From Moellerella wisconsensis ATCC 35017 (GTDB taxonomy: Bacteria > Pseudomonadota > Gammaproteobacteria > Enterobacterales > Enterobacteriaceae), in the NCBI RefSeq assembly GCF_001294465.1, contig NZ_LGAA01000006.1, forward strand, positions 106,950 through 170,949: DNA of 64,000 bases, written 5' to 3'. The position numbers and the translations under genes were made by a program. Under the pieces are notes generated by a model. That model ran no database searches and was not told the origin of the DNA. It saw nothing but the letters and a program-made list of their open reading frames with translations. This document shows, one piece after another, positions 47,156 through 61,256 of this stretch (the first letter of the stretch is position 1; the number at the start of each line of letters is the position of its first letter).

Positions 47156-48019
47156 TTAAACCGCAGCTGCGCCCGAAACGATTTCGGTAAGCTCTTGAGT
47201 AATGCTGGCCTGACGAGCTTTGTTGTAAACCAACTGCAACTCTTTGATCAGGTTTCCACCATTATCGGTAGCTGCTTTCATTGCTACCATTCGAGCGGCC
47301 TGCTCACTAGCCAGGTTTTCAACGACGCCCTGATAAACCTGCGACTCGATATAACGACGGAGCAGGGTATCCAGCAACGCCTTAGGATCGGGTTCATAGA
47401 TATAATCCCAGGACTTTTTCTTCAAGCTTTCATCATCACCCGGAGGTAATGGCAACACCTGAAAAATTGTCGGAACCTGAGACATAGTATTGACGAATTT
47501 ATTCGCCACTACATACAGTTTATCTAAACGACCTTCATCGTATGCTTGCAGCATAGTATTGACTGGACCAATCAATTCAGACAGTGATGGAGTATCCCCC
47601 ATGCCTGTCACTTGAGAGACAACATTGCCTCCCACAGCACCAAAGAAAGATACTGCTTTTGAACCGATTAACGTCAGATCAACCTGAACGCCTTTTTCAG
47701 ACCATTCTTTCATTTCTGTAAGCAGTTTTTTGAACAAGTTAATGTTCAAACCGCCACACAAACCACGGTCGGTAGAAACAACCAGGTACCCGACACGTTT
47801 AACTTCACGCTCTTCAAGGTATGGATGTTTATATTCCAGATTACCTAACGCAAGGTGACCAATCACACTGCGCATAGTCTCTGCATAAGGACGGCTGGCC
47901 GCCATGCGCTCCTGCGTTTTACGCATTTTGGACGCAGCGACCATCTCCATCGCTTTAGTGATCTTCTGCGTGTTTTGCACGCTGCCGATCTTGGAACGTA
48001 TCTCTTTTGCGCCGGCCAT
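47156..48019 (-). CDS. atpG: ATP synthase F1 gamma subunit.
   Basis: [34 protein letters not shown]... Confidence 0.96.
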   Translation of the reverse strand: MAGAKEIRSKIGSVQNTQKITKAMEMVAASKMRKTQERMAASRPYAETMRSVIGHLALGNLEYKHPYLEEREVKRVGYLVVSTDRGLCGGLNINLFKKLLTEMKEWSEKGVQVDLTLIGSKAVSFFGAVGGNVVSQVTGMGDTPSLSELIGPVNTMLQAYDEGRLDKLYVVANKFVNTMSQVPTIFQVLPLPPGDDESLKKKSWDYIYEPDPKALLDTLLRRYIESQVYQGVVENLASEQAARMVAMKAATDNGGNLIKELQLVYNKARQASITQELTEIVSGAAAV

Positions 48020-48074
48020 TTCTGCTTCTCCTCATTAACCAGACGGCCCATAATTACCATCGGGCCGAATAGTA

Positions 48075-49616
48075 TTACCAGGACTGGGTTGCTTTAAATG
48101 ACTCGAGCATGTTTTTCAACTTGCCTTCGATATCATCGTTATAGTTACCCGCCGGGCCAATTTCATTCATAAGGTCAGCATGTTCACGCGACGCGTAAGC
48201 AACCAGTGCTTCTTCGAAGGCACCAATTTTAGCTATCTCAATGTCTTCCAGATAGCCACGTTCGGCTGCATACAGAGACAACGCCTGTTGTGCAACTGAC
48301 ATCGGAGCATACTGTTTCTGTTTCAGTAATTCAGTTACTTTCTGACCATGATTCAACTGCTTACGAGTTGCTTCATCCAGGTCTGAAGCGAATTGGGAGA
48401 AGGCTGCCAATTCACGATACTGAGCCAATGCGGTACGGATACCACCAGACAGTTTTTTGATAATCTTAGTCTGAGCAGCACCACCAACACGCGAAACAGA
48501 AATCCCTGGGTTAACCGCTGGACGAATACCAGAGTTAAACAGGTTAGATTCTAAGAAAATCTGACCATCAGTGATTGAAATTACGTTTGTAGGTACGAAT
48601 GCAGAAACGTCACCCGCTTGGGTTTCAATGATAGGTAGCGCGGTTAAAGAACCGGTTTTACCTTTCACTTCGCCCTTAGTGAAGTTTTCAACGTACTCAG
48701 CATTTACACGAGCAGCACGCTCCAGTAAACGGGAGTGGAGATAGAAAACATCACCAGGATAAGCTTCACGTCCAGGTGGACGACGTAGCAACAGTGAAAT
48801 CTGGCGATAAGCAACTGCTTGTTTTGATAAATCATCATAAACAATCAGTGCGTCTTCACCGCGGTCACGGAAATATTCGCCCATCGCGCAACCAGAATAT
48901 GGTGCAAGGTATTGTAATGCTGCTGATTCAGAAGCAGTTGCAACAACAACGATGGTGTTTTCCAGTGCGCCGTATTCTTCGAGTTTACGAACTACGTTAG
49001 CAATAGTTGATGCTTTTTGACCGATAGCAACATAAACACATTTAATACCAGAATCACGTTGATTGATGATTGCATCGATAGCCAGTGCAGTTTTACCTGT
49101 CTGACGGTCACCGATAACCAGCTCACGCTGACCACGGCCAATTGGAATCATCGCATCGACAGATTTGTAACCCGTTTGAACAGGTTGGTCAACGGATTGA
49201 CGGTCGATAACACCTGGGGCAATCATTTCTACAGGAGAGAAACCATCGTGCTCAACAGGGCCTTTACCATCAATTGGCTCACCCAGTGTATTAACTACAC
49301 GGCCAAGCAAACCACGACCTACTGGAACTTCAAGAATACGACCAGTACATTTAACTTTCATGCCTTCAGCTAAGTCGGCATATGGTCCCATAACAACGGC
49401 ACCAACGGAGTCGCGCTCCAAGTTCAGTGCAATTGCATAGCGATTGCCAGGCAGTGCGATCATCTCACCCTGCATGACTTCAGCTAAACCATGAATACGA
49501 ATAATACCGTCACTGACGGATACAATCGTACCTTCGTTGTGAGCTTCACTCACAACATCGAACTGAGCAATACGCTGTTTGATCAGTTCGCTGATTTCGG
49601 TGGAATTCAGTTGCAT
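48075..49616 (-). CDS. atpA: ATP synthase F1 alpha subunit.
   Basis: [19 protein letters not shown]..., Walker A GDRQTGKT. Confidence 0.97.
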   Translation of the reverse strand: MQLNSTEISELIKQRIAQFDVVSEAHNEGTIVSVSDGIIRIHGLAEVMQGEMIALPGNRYAIALNLERDSVGAVVMGPYADLAEGMKVKCTGRILEVPVGRGLLGRVVNTLGEPIDGKGPVEHDGFSPVEMIAPGVIDRQSVDQPVQTGYKSVDAMIPIGRGQRELVIGDRQTGKTALAIDAIINQRDSGIKCVYVAIGQKASTIANVVRKLEEYGALENTIVVVATASESAALQYLAPYSGCAMGEYFRDRGEDALIVYDDLSKQAVAYRQISLLLRRPPGREAYPGDVFYLHSRLLERAARVNAEYVENFTKGEVKGKTGSLTALPIIETQAGDVSAFVPTNVISITDGQIFLESNLFNSGIRPAVNPGISVSRVGGAAQTKIIKKLSGGIRTALAQYRELAAFSQFASDLDEATRKQLNHGQKVTELLKQKQYAPMSVAQQALSLYAAERGYLEDIEIAKIGAFEEALVAYASREHADLMNEIGPAGNYNDDIEGKLKNMLESFKATQSW

Positions 49617-49630
49617 ATGATCCAGTCCCC

Positions 49631-50164
49631 TTAAGACTGCAAGACGTCGGATAAACGCTCTAAGCGACCGCGGATACTCCCGTCAATAACGAGATCTCCC
49701 GCACGAATGATCACTCCAGCGATTATGGACTTATCAATTTTGCAATTCAGCTTAACTTTGCGTGACAGACGTTTTTCCATCGCTGCAGATATGTTAGCCA
49801 ACTGCTGTTCATTTAGTTCGGTAGCAGAAATAACATCAACATCAACCGTTGACTCCAGAGCTGCGCGTAGTTGCGTAAATTGCAATAGCACTTCTGGTAG
49901 CGTCGTTAAACGCCCATTATCGGCCATAATACGAATCAAATTTTGAACATGCTCGTCAATTTCATCACCACAAACGGCAATAAAAGTTTTAGCTAATGAT
50001 TCCGGTGCAATAGAACCAGAAAGCAGCTCACCAACCTGTTCATTGCGCGTCACCTCAGAGGTGAAGGCCAGCATATTCTGCCATTTTTCAACAGACTGGT
50101 TTTCTACAGCAAAGTCAAAAGCTGCTTTGGCGTAGGGGCGAGCTACAGTAACGATTTCAGACAT
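49631..50164 (-). CDS. atpH: ATP synthase F1 delta subunit.
   Basis: [21 protein letters not shown]..., 177 aa as in E. coli. Confidence 0.95.
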   Translation of the reverse strand: MSEIVTVARPYAKAAFDFAVENQSVEKWQNMLAFTSEVTRNEQVGELLSGSIAPESLAKTFIAVCGDEIDEHVQNLIRIMADNGRLTTLPEVLLQFTQLRAALESTVDVDVISATELNEQQLANISAAMEKRLSRKVKLNCKIDKSIIAGVIIRAGDLVIDGSIRGRLERLSDVLQS

Positions 50165-50176
50165 GCCCCTCCCTCC

Positions 50177-50653
50177 TTACAGTTCAGCGACTAGTTTATC
50201 AACGATGTCGCTGTTAGCAGCTTCATCCACGGAACGTTCGATGATCTTCTCGGCACCCGCAATAGCAAGCATAGCAACCTGTTTACGTAACTCTTCTCGT
50301 GCACGTTTGCGTTCGGCATTAATTTCAGCCTGTGCTTGTGCGACGATTTTATTACGTTCTGCTTCAGCTTCGGCTTTCGCGTCTTCAATCATCTGGTTGC
50401 GTTGTTTATTCGCTTGTTCGATGATGATTTGCGCTTCAGCTTTTGCTTGTTTCAGTTGGTCGGTCGCATCGCTTTGCGCCAGTTCCAGGTTCTTTTTAGC
50501 ACGCTCTGCAGAAGATAAACCATCAGCAATTTCTTTCTGACGTTTTTCTATGGCCGCCATAATTGGTGGCCATACATACTTCATACAGAACAAAACAAAC
50601 AGGACAAACGCGATAGCCTGGCCGAGGATTGTTGCATTAAGATTCACAGACAA
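50177..50653 (-). CDS. atpF: ATP synthase Fo b subunit. The true start may be the GTG at 50647, which gives MNLNAT as in E. coli.
   Basis: [27 protein letters not shown] is near-identical to E. coli AtpF. Confidence 0.95.
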   Translation of the reverse strand: MSVNLNATILGQAIAFVLFVLFCMKYVWPPIMAAIEKRQKEIADGLSSAERAKKNLELAQSDATDQLKQAKAEAQIIIEQANKQRNQMIEDAKAEAEAERNKIVAQAQAEINAERKRAREELRKQVAMLAIAGAEKIIERSVDEAANSDIVDKLVAEL

Positions 50654-50705
50654 TACCTCTTATTAATTAATAAGTTAATGTTCTCAGAGTGTTCTGTAAC
50701 GTTTC

Positions 50706-50963
<258 letters not shown>

Positions 50964-51002
50964 TCAGTTAATACAATTATTGATAGAAAGTTAAATTTTA
51001 AA

Positions 51003-51860
<858 letters not shown>

Positions 51861-52238
51861 TTACCGTTTAATAACGGCCGGTGCAACAATCTGAACAATC
51901 AGCACCGCTAAATAGGTCAAACCCAGTGGTGTAAATGCCGCTTTAAACACGCCCAACGCAATAACCAGAACTGCAATTGTTGTGACAACTTTTAGCCCTG
52001 CTCCTAAAGCGAAATACCAGGCGATGCGGACAGGTTCATCCTCTTCTTTTGCTTTCTGTAAACGAGTTAACAGCATAAAAACGATATTTGGTAGCCAGCA
52101 TGCTAAACCGCCTGCAAAAGCTGAGGCACCCCATTCTATACTATTTGCACAGAAAGCCCCACTGAGGATAACAAAAGTTATTAGCTGAAAGCTTAAATGC
52201 TTGCAGTCTAATTTGCGGTTGTAAAGAATTACAGGCAT
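51861..52238 (-). CDS. atpI: ATP synthase protein I. The start is trimmed to the internal Met, giving about 125 aa.
   Basis: The C-terminus ...VLIVQIVAPAVIKR matches E. coli AtpI ...VQILAPAVINN. It is the first gene of the atp operon. Confidence 0.8.
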   Translation of the reverse strand: MPVILYNRKLDCKHLSFQLITFVILSGAFCANSIEWGASAFAGGLACWLPNIVFMLLTRLQKAKEEDEPVRIAWYFALGAGLKVVTTIAVLVIALGVFKAAFTPLGLTYLAVLIVQIVAPAVIKR

Positions 52239-52841
52239 AACTTTTGCTTTCTCCGAGGGATTCCCAGCTTCAGAAACGCTAAGTGTTGTATAAAACTGCC
52301 TTTGCTTTAGTGTGTCAAGAGACAAAAACGAGCAAATTATACGGGCAGCCGAAATGAATTCAATCAATAAGTAGCGAAAAGGTGAATAATTATTTAATTT
52401 TTTAGAGTCAGCGCAGAAATAGTCACAGATAAGGTGAAATATTTGTTAAATCTCTTGCTTTATCTTAAATTTCAAACTGTGATAAAAATCACATAACTAA
52501 ATTTATATAGAAAAAACCACAATTTAGAACATGCAAAATAAATTAAATAACTACTTATAAATCACCTAATTAACTTAATCTAAATAAAAAATAGAACTTA
52601 AACAAAATTTATACGATTAACTAATAATTATCCAAAATAACTGAATCGTTTTAATTAATTAGTTTTAATCGGATTTATCCCCATAATCTTTAATTACCAA
52701 TGATTACACTTAAGGTTAATTCAATGTAATTGTCAGGTGAAAAACGCTTTGTTTAATACTGTAATTTACGAAAATGGCAGTAACATTGTAAATATTACTG
52801 CCATAGCTCAAAAAGATAAATTTTATTGATAGTAAACAACT

Positions 52842-53465
52842 TTATTTAATATCAATAATCACCAGATGCCGTTGTTCATCAAGTTCAGGGACTTTGAGTT
52901 CCATTACACGATTAACCGGATAATTATCAGGTAATAAGGCGATTTCATCTTCAGGTATGGCACCTTTCAATGCATAGAAGCGACCATTAGTCTGAGGCAA
53001 ATGAGCACACCAATGCAGCATGTCCGTTAACGAGGCAAAAGCACGGCTAATCACGCCATCAAATTTAATTTCAGGTTGATATTCTTCTACGCGTGACTGT
53101 ATAGGCTCGATATTGTTCAGCCCCAGCTCATGCTGTACTTGACGAAGAAAACGCACCCGTTTTCCTAGGCTGTCGAGTAACACAAAGTGTGACTCGGGGC
53201 GAATGATAGCCAAAGGAACTCCTGGTAATCCAGGCCCGGTACCAACATCAATAAAACGTTCACCATCAAGATGTTCGTTCACCACAATGCTGTCCAAAAT
53301 ATGACGAATTATCATTTGCTCAGGCGCTCTAACTGAGGTCAAATTATATGCCTTATTCCATTTATGTAGCATTTCAACATAACTGATCAGCTGCTGTTTT
53401 TGTGGCTCTGTAAGCTCTATTCCAGCCTGAATTAAGAGCTTATTTAATTGAGGGAGTAAGCCCAT
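52842..53465 (-). CDS. rsmG: 16S rRNA (guanine527-N7)-methyltransferase RsmG (GidB).
   Basis: 207 aa with the SAM motif [10 protein letters not shown]. It is syntenic downstream of mnmG. Confidence 0.94.
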   Translation of the reverse strand: MGLLPQLNKLLIQAGIELTEPQKQQLISYVEMLHKWNKAYNLTSVRAPEQMIIRHILDSIVVNEHLDGERFIDVGTGPGLPGVPLAIIRPESHFVLLDSLGKRVRFLRQVQHELGLNNIEPIQSRVEEYQPEIKFDGVISRAFASLTDMLHWCAHLPQTNGRFYALKGAIPEDEIALLPDNYPVNRVMELKVPELDEQRHLVIIDIK

Positions 53466-53466
53466 C

Positions 53467-55356
53467 TTACGCGCTCCTACGCAGAATGCCCTGCTTCTTC
53501 AACCAGACCAGCAGAATTGAGATAGCCGCTGGAGTAATACCTGAAATACGCGACGCTTGACCAATGGATGTCGGTTTATGATCATTTAGCTTAGCGATTA
53601 CTTCATTAGATAATCCTTTAACCTGTTTATAGTCTAAATCAACGGGTAATAAAGTATTTTCATTACGTGACTGACGCTCAATTTCTTCGAGCTGACGCGC
53701 AATGTAACCTTCGTATTTTACTTGGATTTCAACTTGCTCTGCGGCTTGTGGATCTTTCAATGCTGGTGAAAAACGATCAATCGATGTCAGCAAGGTATAA
53801 TTCATTTCAGGGCGGCGTAGCAGATCTTCGCCGTTAGCTTCTTTCGATAACGGTACAGCTAAAATTTCGTTTACTTCATCATGACTACCAGATTTAGGAT
53901 TAACCCAAATATCACGCAGGCGCTGACGCTCTTTTTCTATCAGTTCTAATTTACGGCTGAAGTGTTCCCAACGAACATCATCTACCAAACCTAATTCACG
54001 ACCTTTTTCGGTTAAACGTAAATCGGCATTGTCTTCACGGAGCATTAAGCGGTATTCAGCACGAGAGGTAAACATGCGGTACGGTTCTTTGGTTCCTAAA
54101 GTGCAGAGATCATCAACTAATACGCCCATATATGCTTGATCACGGCGAGGGAACCAACCTTCTTGGTCAAAGGCTGACTGCGCTGCATTAAGTCCGGCTA
54201 ATAGCCCCTGAGATGCCGCTTCTTCGTATCCTGTTGTTCCGTTAATTTGACCAGCAAAGAATAATCCGTGAATAAATTTACTTTCTAGCGTTTGTTTTAA
54301 GTCTCTTGGATCAAAGAAATCGTATTCAATGGCATATCCAGGACGAATGATCCGCGCATTTTCCATACCTTTCATCGAATGTACAATCTGCATTTGTACA
54401 TCAAATGGCAAGCTAGTAGAAATCCCATTTGGATAAATTTCGTTGCTAGTTAATCCTTCAGGCTCAAGGAAGATCTGATGAGAGTCTCTATCAGCAAAAC
54501 GCATGACTTTATCTTCGATCGATGGGCAATAACGTGGGCCGATCCCTTCGATGATCCCCGCATACATTGGGCTACGATCCAAATTATTGCGGATCACTTC
54601 ATGTGTTTTTTCATTGGTATAGGTGATATAGCAAGGAAGCTGTTCTGGATGTTGATCTTTATTGCCTAAAAATGAAAATACTGGCGTAGGATTATCGCCT
54701 AGTTGTATGCCTAATTGGCTAAAATCAATAGTTCTTGCATCAATACGCGGTGGTGTACCTGTTTTTAAGCGATTAACTCGTAATGGTAATGCACGCAAAC
54801 GTTGTGAAAGTGAGATAGATGGGGGATCACCAGCTCTACCACCGCTGTAATTTTCTAATCCAATATGGATTTTACCATCAAGAAAAGTACCGACGGTTAA
54901 TACAACGGCTTTAGCTTTAAATTTCAATCCCATACGTGTAACAGCACCTGTTACGCGATCGTTTTCCACAATTAGATCTTCAACGGGCTGCTGAAAAATC
55001 ATTAAATTTGGTTGATTTTCTAAAGCTGTTCTCACTGCTTGACGATATAAAACTCTATCAGCTTGTGCTCGGGTCGCTCTTACTGCGGGGCCTTTGCTGG
55101 CGTTTAATGTCCGAAATTGAATACCTGCTTGGTCGGTAGCTATTGCCATTAAGCCGCCCAAGGCATCAATTTCCTTAACCAGATGTCCCTTTCCGATCCC
55201 ACCAATGGCTGGGTTACAAGACATCTGACCCAAAGTATCAATGTTGTGAGTCAGCAATAGGGTTTGACGCCCCATACGTGCAGCTGCCATCGCTGCTTCA
55301 GTGCCGGCATGACCGCCACCGATTACGATGACGTCAAATTGTTCTGGATAAAACAT
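53467..55356 (-). CDS. mnmG: tRNA uridine 5-carboxymethylaminomethyl modification enzyme MnmG (GidA).
   Basis: [29 protein letters not shown]... is the FAD-binding N-terminus. 629 aa as in E. coli. Confidence 0.97.
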   Translation of the reverse strand: MFYPEQFDVIVIGGGHAGTEAAMAAARMGRQTLLLTHNIDTLGQMSCNPAIGGIGKGHLVKEIDALGGLMAIATDQAGIQFRTLNASKGPAVRATRAQADRVLYRQAVRTALENQPNLMIFQQPVEDLIVENDRVTGAVTRMGLKFKAKAVVLTVGTFLDGKIHIGLENYSGGRAGDPPSISLSQRLRALPLRVNRLKTGTPPRIDARTIDFSQLGIQLGDNPTPVFSFLGNKDQHPEQLPCYITYTNEKTHEVIRNNLDRSPMYAGIIEGIGPRYCPSIEDKVMRFADRDSHQIFLEPEGLTSNEIYPNGISTSLPFDVQMQIVHSMKGMENARIIRPGYAIEYDFFDPRDLKQTLESKFIHGLFFAGQINGTTGYEEAASQGLLAGLNAAQSAFDQEGWFPRRDQAYMGVLVDDLCTLGTKEPYRMFTSRAEYRLMLREDNADLRLTEKGRELGLVDDVRWEHFSRKLELIEKERQRLRDIWVNPKSGSHDEVNEILAVPLSKEANGEDLLRRPEMNYTLLTSIDRFSPALKDPQAAEQVEIQVKYEGYIARQLEEIERQSRNENTLLPVDLDYKQVKGLSNEVIAKLNDHKPTSIGQASRISGITPAAISILLVWLKKQGILRRSA

Positions 55357-55440
55357 GTGTGAACCTTAAACGTTAGAATGCAACGTTGTGCATTTCGGGA
55401 GGAGAATAGTACTCAAGTTTTGCTGATACACCAAGTCGGT

Positions 55441-55730
55441 TTGATCTGTCCTTAGTATTTATAAGATCTTTTTATTTAAAGATCTCTTTATTAGATCTAT
55501 TATTAGGATCGCGATCATCTGTGGATAAGTGAAAAATCGATAGAAAGATCATATCAGTGTAAAGGATCATATACTGTGTATGACCGGTGATCCTATTGCG
55601 TATAAGCTGGGATCAAAACGGCTAGTTATCCACAGGCACTGAATGACCCTAAAGTTATACCTTGGATAACTACCGGTTGTTACCGTGTTCATACGTTATT
55701 TATCCACAGCTGACTGCTGCTTATTTAACC
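55441..55730. other. oriC, the chromosomal origin of replication. It has a DUE with three GATC-containing AT-rich 13-mers followed by a DnaA-box array.
   Basis: The 13-mers are GATCTTTTTATTT (55465..55477), GATCTCTTTATTA (55481..55493) and GATCTATTATTAG (55494..55506). The DnaA boxes are TGTGGATAA (55520..55528), TTATCCACA (55626..55634), TTGGATAAC (55672..55680) and TTATCCACA (55709..55717). GATC sites are numerous. The mnmG-mioC position matches E. coli oriC. Confidence 0.85.
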
Positions 55731-55733
55731 GAT

Positions 55734-56174
55734 TTATAGATCGTTTGCCCAAATTTTAACCCATTCGCCCGCAGGATCTTCCGGGATTTCGTGTTTTTGG
55801 ACGTCAATTTCTAAACGATCCCCAATTCTTTTCGCACCTTTTTGCTGTAAAAGTGTATCCAGAGTACGGATCGCACCACAAAAAGTATCGTATTCTGAGC
55901 TGCCAATACCCACAGCACCAAAACTAACCTTTTCTAGATTGATCTGTTGATCGTTAATCTGTTTAGCAAGCGGTTGAATGTTATCAGGTAGCTCACCAGC
56001 ACCGTGGGTTGAACAGACGATAATCCAGATCCCTTCTAACGGTAGCTCTTCTAGTTCAGGACCATGCAAAACCTCGGTTTCAAAGCCGCGTGCAATTAGT
56101 TCTTCTTCTATATGTTCTGCAACATATTCAGCACTGCCCATCGTGCTGCCACTTATTAAAGTCACTTTTGTCAT
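55734..56174 (-). CDS. mioC: FMN-binding flavodoxin-like protein MioC.
   Basis: ...TLISGSTMGSAEYVAEH...STHGAGELPDN... is colinear with E. coli MioC. Confidence 0.92.
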   Translation of the reverse strand: MTKVTLISGSTMGSAEYVAEHIEEELIARGFETEVLHGPELEELPLEGIWIIVCSTHGAGELPDNIQPLAKQINDQQINLEKVSFGAVGIGSSEYDTFCGAIRTLDTLLQQKGAKRIGDRLEIDVQKHEIPEDPAGEWVKIWANDL

Positions 56175-56239
56175 ATTTTGGCATGTCCCAGACTTTTGAA
56201 AGAGCGCTATTGTACGCTGTGAATGAGCTGGGATCTACC

Positions 56240-56248
56240 TGTGGATAA
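56240..56248. promoter_or_regulatory. DnaA box (TGTGGATAA) in the mioC promoter region.
   Basis: It is an exact 9-mer. The E. coli mioC promoter likewise carries a DnaA box. A variant TGTGGTTATAA follows directly. Confidence 0.5.
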
Positions 56249-56270
56249 TGTGGTTATAACATTTTTTTTT

Positions 56271-56732
56271 CTACGGGGTAATCGTCCGCATGATAGGGTT
56301 CTGTAAGGAGATCAGCGTTTCTGTTGATTGGATCTCATCGATGGTTTGTATTTTGTTGATAAGTACATCTTGCAGGGCATCAATTGATCGACACATCACC
56401 TTAATAAAAATACTGTATTGCCCAGTGGTGTAGTAAACCTCAACCACCTCTTCTAGCGCATCTAATTTATTGACCGCGGTATGATAATCTTTCGCGCTTT
56501 TCAAAATAATGCCGATGAAGCAGCACACATCGAAACCCAGATGCTTAGCGCTAATATCAATTCGCGTACCTGTAATAATGCCTGCTTGTTTCATTTTTTC
56601 GACGCGTACGTGAATTGTTCCTGGGCTTACTGCAAATTTTTTGGCTAATTCAGCATAGGGAATACGAGCATTTGCCATTAATTCATGAAGTATTCCTTTA
56701 TCGAGATTATCGATTTGATAAATTTCGGCCAT
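56271..56732 (-). CDS. asnC: Lrp/AsnC-family transcriptional regulator AsnC.
   Basis: ...LAKKFAVSPGTIHVRVEKMKQAGIITGTRIDIS...STETLISLQNPIMRTI is near-identical to E. coli AsnC. Confidence 0.94.
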   Translation of the reverse strand: MAEIYQIDNLDKGILHELMANARIPYAELAKKFAVSPGTIHVRVEKMKQAGIITGTRIDISAKHLGFDVCCFIGIILKSAKDYHTAVNKLDALEEVVEVYYTTGQYSIFIKVMCRSIDALQDVLINKIQTIDEIQSTETLISLQNPIMRTITP

Positions 56733-56881
56733 AAAATCTCTCCATTTTTATTGAATATTTAATTTTTGCTGCCTTTTTTTGAATAATATAAAAGGCTTTT
56801 AGTTTTTTTGATATTAGATATTGAATTTATACCCTGTTTTGTTGCTTAATCAATACATCGAGAACGAGAATAAAACAAATT

Positions 56882-57886
56882 ATGGGGTCAATCATGGAAA
56901 AATCATTCATCGAACATCAACAACAAATTAGCTTTGTAAAATCGTATTTTTCAAGTTTATTAGAAAAAGAATTGGGCTTAATTGAAGTTCAAGGTCCAAT
57001 TTTAAGCCGCTTAGGCGATGGTACTCAGGATAACCTTTCTGGCCACGAAAAAGCGGTTCAGGTAAAAGTAAAATCAATTCCGGAAGCAACGTTTGAAGTT
57101 GTGCATTCGCTGGCTAAATGGAAACGTAAAACGTTAGGTCGTTATGATTTCCAACCGGGTCAGGGTTTATACACTCATATGAAAGCGCTGCGTCCTGACG
57201 AGGATCGCTTAACCCCAATTCATTCTGTCTATGTTGATCAGTGGGATTGGGAAAAAGTGATGGCAGATGAGGAGCGTTCTCTTCCTTATCTGAAACAGAC
57301 AGTCGGTAAAATCTATCAGGCAATAAAAGAAACAGAACAAGCTGTCAGCAAAGAGTTTGGTCTGGCACCGTTCCTGCCAGATCAAATTCACTTTGTTCAT
57401 AGTGAAGAACTCTTACAACGTTTCCCTGATTTAGATGCTAAAGGCCGCGAGCGTGCAATAGCTAAAGAGTTAGGTGCAGTATTCCTTATTGGTATTGGTG
57501 CACAGCTGTCTGATGGTCAGTATCATGATGTGCGTGCGCCAGACTACGATGACTGGACGACTCAAAACGATGATGGTTTTGTTGGTTTAAACGGCGATAT
57601 CATTGTTTGGAACCCAGTATTAGAAGACGCATTTGAAATTTCATCAATGGGTATTCGTGTTAACCCAGAAACGCTGAAACGTCAGTTAGCATTGAGTGGT
57701 GAAGAAAAACGCCTTGAATTGGAATGGCATCAATCACTGCTTAACGGGGAAATGCCACAATCAATCGGTGGGGGAATTGGTCAATCACGTTTAGTGATGC
57801 TATTACTGCAACGCCCTCACATTGGTCAGGTTCAATGCAGCGTATGGTCACCAGAAATCCGTGAATCTGTCAGTGATATGCTGTAA
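56882..57886 (+). CDS. asnA: Aspartate--ammonia ligase (asparagine synthetase A).
   Basis: ...[41 protein letters not shown]... is colinear with E. coli AsnA. Confidence 0.95.
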   Translation: MGSIMEKSFIEHQQQISFVKSYFSSLLEKELGLIEVQGPILSRLGDGTQDNLSGHEKAVQVKVKSIPEATFEVVHSLAKWKRKTLGRYDFQPGQGLYTHMKALRPDEDRLTPIHSVYVDQWDWEKVMADEERSLPYLKQTVGKIYQAIKETEQAVSKEFGLAPFLPDQIHFVHSEELLQRFPDLDAKGRERAIAKELGAVFLIGIGAQLSDGQYHDVRAPDYDDWTTQNDDGFVGLNGDIIVWNPVLEDAFEISSMGIRVNPETLKRQLALSGEEKRLELEWHQSLLNGEMPQSIGGGIGQSRLVMLLLQRPHIGQVQCSVWSPEIRESVSDML

Positions 57887-59344
57887 TTAATGACGGAATC
57901 GGCGTAGCAGTCTGCTTTTTAGCCCGGTATCGAAACGCCAGATATGATCGAATATCTTCATGATGCCGGGTTTCCCATAATTTGATACCGATACCGCATG
58001 GAAGCGGTGTTTTTTATGTTGTTGTCTCTCTTTGACTTGTTTAATTAATTCTTCCGGTAATCGTTGAGCTACAAAATCAGAGATAACTACAGCATCAGCA
58101 TCCTGCCATAATTGTCCATCCATTTTATCAATCGTAGATTTAAGGCAAGCGGCCAGATCTGTCCCTCCTTTAAATGTTTGATTAAGAAACCGAATACATT
58201 GTTCAAGCCCATCAGCAGCGAGTAAATCGTAATGTATAATTTCGGTTGAAAATAGCATGATATGGCAAGCTCGATTATCAGCTAAGGCGATTTTCATTAA
58301 TGCGAGGCAAAAAGCTTTGGCACAGCGTTCATTAAATCCCCCCATCGACCCAGAGGTATCAATACAAACGATAAAAGGGCCTCGTGGTTGTTGTTCATTA
58401 TTATGATGAACGATCGGGCGTAAAACTTGGCGTTGCTGCCAACTTTCCCCTTGTAGACGATAGGTCAATAGACGTTTTTCCACCAGCTTGCGATAAAATT
58501 CAAATTCTAATTCATCGATACCCAGCATCGCCAGTTCAGCTGGCAATAGACGTAATATGTCATCACTTTGACCAATACCACTGACTTGCTCTGGTTGTGT
58601 CTCTGGGACATTTTCGAATACGGTTACTTCTTCAAATATCGGGCTTTCTTCAGGTAATATTTTAGCTGATTGACTTCGACCTAATAGCTGCGCTAATTTT
58701 TCAAGTTCAGGTTGCTGCTGTAAAAATTCACTATAACGCATTAATAATTGGTCATTATAAGTAGAAGATATATTAATCCCTTTGCTTAAATCCCATAGCC
58801 GACCGGCTGATTGCTCGTTTTCAGCGAAAACTTCTTCTAAATTGCCACTTAATGCCAAGCGATATTGTAACTCCGCCAATAATTGCTGTTGTTCTTGCTC
58901 CAGCAACTCGGTATGCAACGTCGTAACTTGTAAGATTAAACTTACTCGCCATTTCTGAATAATTAGTGCTTGACGCGCCGCAGGATTAGCGGATGGGCTA
59001 GCAAGTAACTTTTTAGCTTCTGTATAAAAAGGAGAATCAAGTTGCTGTAATTTTTCGATAATTGTGGGTAATCGTTGCTGAAACTCTGCTGTTGATTGAC
59101 CAATAATACTCTGATAAAGATTAAATTCCTCGGCTAACAGTGGAGGAACCAATGTCTCTTGTAATTTTTGCTTTAAATCCTTTTTCCAGCTAGACAGATC
59201 TTTTAATAGCGCTGTTTTGATCCGCGGATGTTTTTCAAAAAATGCAGCTAGCTGGGGGGTTGCGAGCAGTGTAATAACGATCTCTTCAATTAATTGACTT
59301 TCATTAACGGAAAGTAATAGATCTAATGTCGCGAGGCTTAACAT
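57887..59344 (-). CDS. viaA: VWA-domain protein ViaA (RavA partner).
   Basis: It has a C-terminal VWA domain ([12 protein letters not shown]) and is syntenic with ravA. Confidence 0.9.
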   Translation of the reverse strand: MLSLATLDLLLSVNESQLIEEIVITLLATPQLAAFFEKHPRIKTALLKDLSSWKKDLKQKLQETLVPPLLAEEFNLYQSIIGQSTAEFQQRLPTIIEKLQQLDSPFYTEAKKLLASPSANPAARQALIIQKWRVSLILQVTTLHTELLEQEQQQLLAELQYRLALSGNLEEVFAENEQSAGRLWDLSKGINISSTYNDQLLMRYSEFLQQQPELEKLAQLLGRSQSAKILPEESPIFEEVTVFENVPETQPEQVSGIGQSDDILRLLPAELAMLGIDELEFEFYRKLVEKRLLTYRLQGESWQQRQVLRPIVHHNNEQQPRGPFIVCIDTSGSMGGFNERCAKAFCLALMKIALADNRACHIMLFSTEIIHYDLLAADGLEQCIRFLNQTFKGGTDLAACLKSTIDKMDGQLWQDADAVVISDFVAQRLPEELIKQVKERQQHKKHRFHAVSVSNYGKPGIMKIFDHIWRFDTGLKSRLLRRFRH

Positions 59345-59346
59345 AA

Positions 59347-60849
59347 TCAGCCTATAATCTGTGAGCGTAACTGGATTAATTTATCCGTTACTTTGATGAA
59401 ACTACTTTCTACTTCTGCCAGCCAACTATCTTCGATAAATAAGCAAGGTTGTTGCTGCTCAAATTGATACCGCTGTGATTGAATTTCATGCTGAATATCA
59501 TTTAGTTTTGATAGCCATTCTTTATTATCATCGGTTTTAGTCTCTATAGTTTTATCTTGAATATACAGTGTCGATATTTGGCGACTGATATCTAATAATT
59601 GCAGTTGATTTTGACTATTAATCTCAGCTGCTATCTCTTGTGTAAAGCCAATTCCATTTAAATGTGCTGAGAGTGTATTTCCTTTATTTAAAAAGTTTTC
59701 TAGAGATTTTTTATCACAGGTAATAAAAGTAACTTTTATTTCATGTAGATGCAGTGGAGTATGCAGAAAGAGAGTCAATCGTTCTTCATTAATATGATCG
59801 GGCAGCGAATAAATGGCTTTTCGACCGAACATACTGTTATTTTTTATGACTCTAAATGCTTGTTGCTGTTGCTTATCCTGCGTTGAGGCGACCCACTGAT
59901 GATAAAGTTGCTCAATACTGCGGGTAATTTTACGCTGATGCCAACCTTCTTCCTGTAATAAGGTTAAAATAAGTGTCGGGAATAACTTCATTGATTGATG
60001 GTCATGCCATAAGCAATCTTTCAATAAAATAATATCTAACGGTGAGACAGCCGTTCGGCCATTAAAGAATGCACTGGCTTGTAAAAGATAAATAGCCTTT
60101 TTCCATCGTCTATCTGACACATAGACTGTTTTTTCACCGGCGCTAATTTGTTGGCGTAATTGATAAATAATTTCAAAACAATGATCGGGCAGCGTAATTT
60201 GCGGTATGGCTAATTGCCACGCATGATATTCTTCATCTGTTATTTTCAAATGCTCAGGAACTAACTTATCTTCTTTTAATGGCTTATTAGTAAGCAGTGC
60301 CCGGAAATTTTGTTTTTCTTGAACTTTATCCAGCCAAATACGAATGAGCATACGGTCATATAACGCTTCGAGGCTATTATCTGCATCCGGTAATTCATTG
60401 GATGCAGTAACCAATAAACGCATTGGAATACTGGCTTCGGTATGACCATTTCTAAATTTTCTTTCGTTAATCGCGGTTAGCAAGGTATTAAGAATTGCGG
60501 GACCTGCTTTCCAGATTTCATCTAAAAATACCACTTCAGCATCGGGTAAATAGCCTTCAACCAGTCTTTCATAACGGCCTTCATCTTTTAATGCCTGAAT
60601 AGACAAGGGGCCAAATATTTCTTCGGGCGTAGAGAAACGAGTCATTAAATATTCGAACGCTTTCGCATTACTGAACGCTAATTTCATCCTACGAGCAATT
60701 AAACTTTTAGCTATCCCTGGAGGGCCGAGTAAAAAAACACTTTCTCCGCTAAGGGCGGCAAGTAAACATAAGCGGATCGCTTGCTGGCGTTCATATAAGC
60801 CACTTTCTAAATAGTTACTCAGTTGGGCAATACGTTCTGCTAACTGCAT
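59347..60849 (-). CDS. ravA: MoxR-family AAA+ ATPase RavA.
   Basis: ...[26 protein letters not shown]..., [24 protein letters not shown]. It is colinear with E. coli RavA, 500 aa. Confidence 0.95.
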   Translation of the reverse strand: MQLAERIAQLSNYLESGLYERQQAIRLCLLAALSGESVFLLGPPGIAKSLIARRMKLAFSNAKAFEYLMTRFSTPEEIFGPLSIQALKDEGRYERLVEGYLPDAEVVFLDEIWKAGPAILNTLLTAINERKFRNGHTEASIPMRLLVTASNELPDADNSLEALYDRMLIRIWLDKVQEKQNFRALLTNKPLKEDKLVPEHLKITDEEYHAWQLAIPQITLPDHCFEIIYQLRQQISAGEKTVYVSDRRWKKAIYLLQASAFFNGRTAVSPLDIILLKDCLWHDHQSMKLFPTLILTLLQEEGWHQRKITRSIEQLYHQWVASTQDKQQQQAFRVIKNNSMFGRKAIYSLPDHINEERLTLFLHTPLHLHEIKVTFITCDKKSLENFLNKGNTLSAHLNGIGFTQEIAAEINSQNQLQLLDISRQISTLYIQDKTIETKTDDNKEWLSKLNDIQHEIQSQRYQFEQQQPCLFIEDSWLAEVESSFIKVTDKLIQLRSQIIG

Positions 60850-61146
60850 CTCCGTTCCTTATCAATTTACTGCTCTGAAAATATATCAATAAAATTAAAT
60901 GGTTATTAATAGTATTCCTCCCTGTTATCTCAGACAACAATAGAATACCGGTTAATCATGCGTTGTAAGGTGTTCTGCTATAAAAGCTACTAACGTTATT
61001 GTCATTTCAATTATTTTTATTTTTAGCGATGAATATCCTTATGTGCAATCTATTTCGTTATTTTCTTTGATGTCACTCAGTAAAATAACAAAAACGATTC
61101 AGCTTTAACTTATTCAATAAGTTAGTTTTTCTCTCTCTATTTACGC

Positions 61147-61164
61147 GAACGAAACGTTTCGATA
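61147..61164. promoter_or_regulatory. RbsR operator-like palindrome, distal copy (AACGAAACGTTTCGAT).
   Basis: It contains the CGAAACGTTTCG core of the E. coli rbs operator. Confidence 0.45.
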
Positions 61165-61225
61165 GTGATCACAAATATGAAATAAGTTAGTTGAGTTGTT
61201 TACGTTTTATCCTACTATCAAAGAA

Positions 61226-61241
61226 AGCGAAACGTTTCGCT
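61226..61241. promoter_or_regulatory. RbsR operator, a perfect 16-bp palindrome AGCGAAACGTTTCGCT.
   Basis: It matches the E. coli rbsD operator TCAGCGAAACGTTTCGCTGAT and lies 16 nt upstream of the rbsD ATG. Confidence 0.65.
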
Positions 61242-61256
61242 CACTGAGGATAGGAA

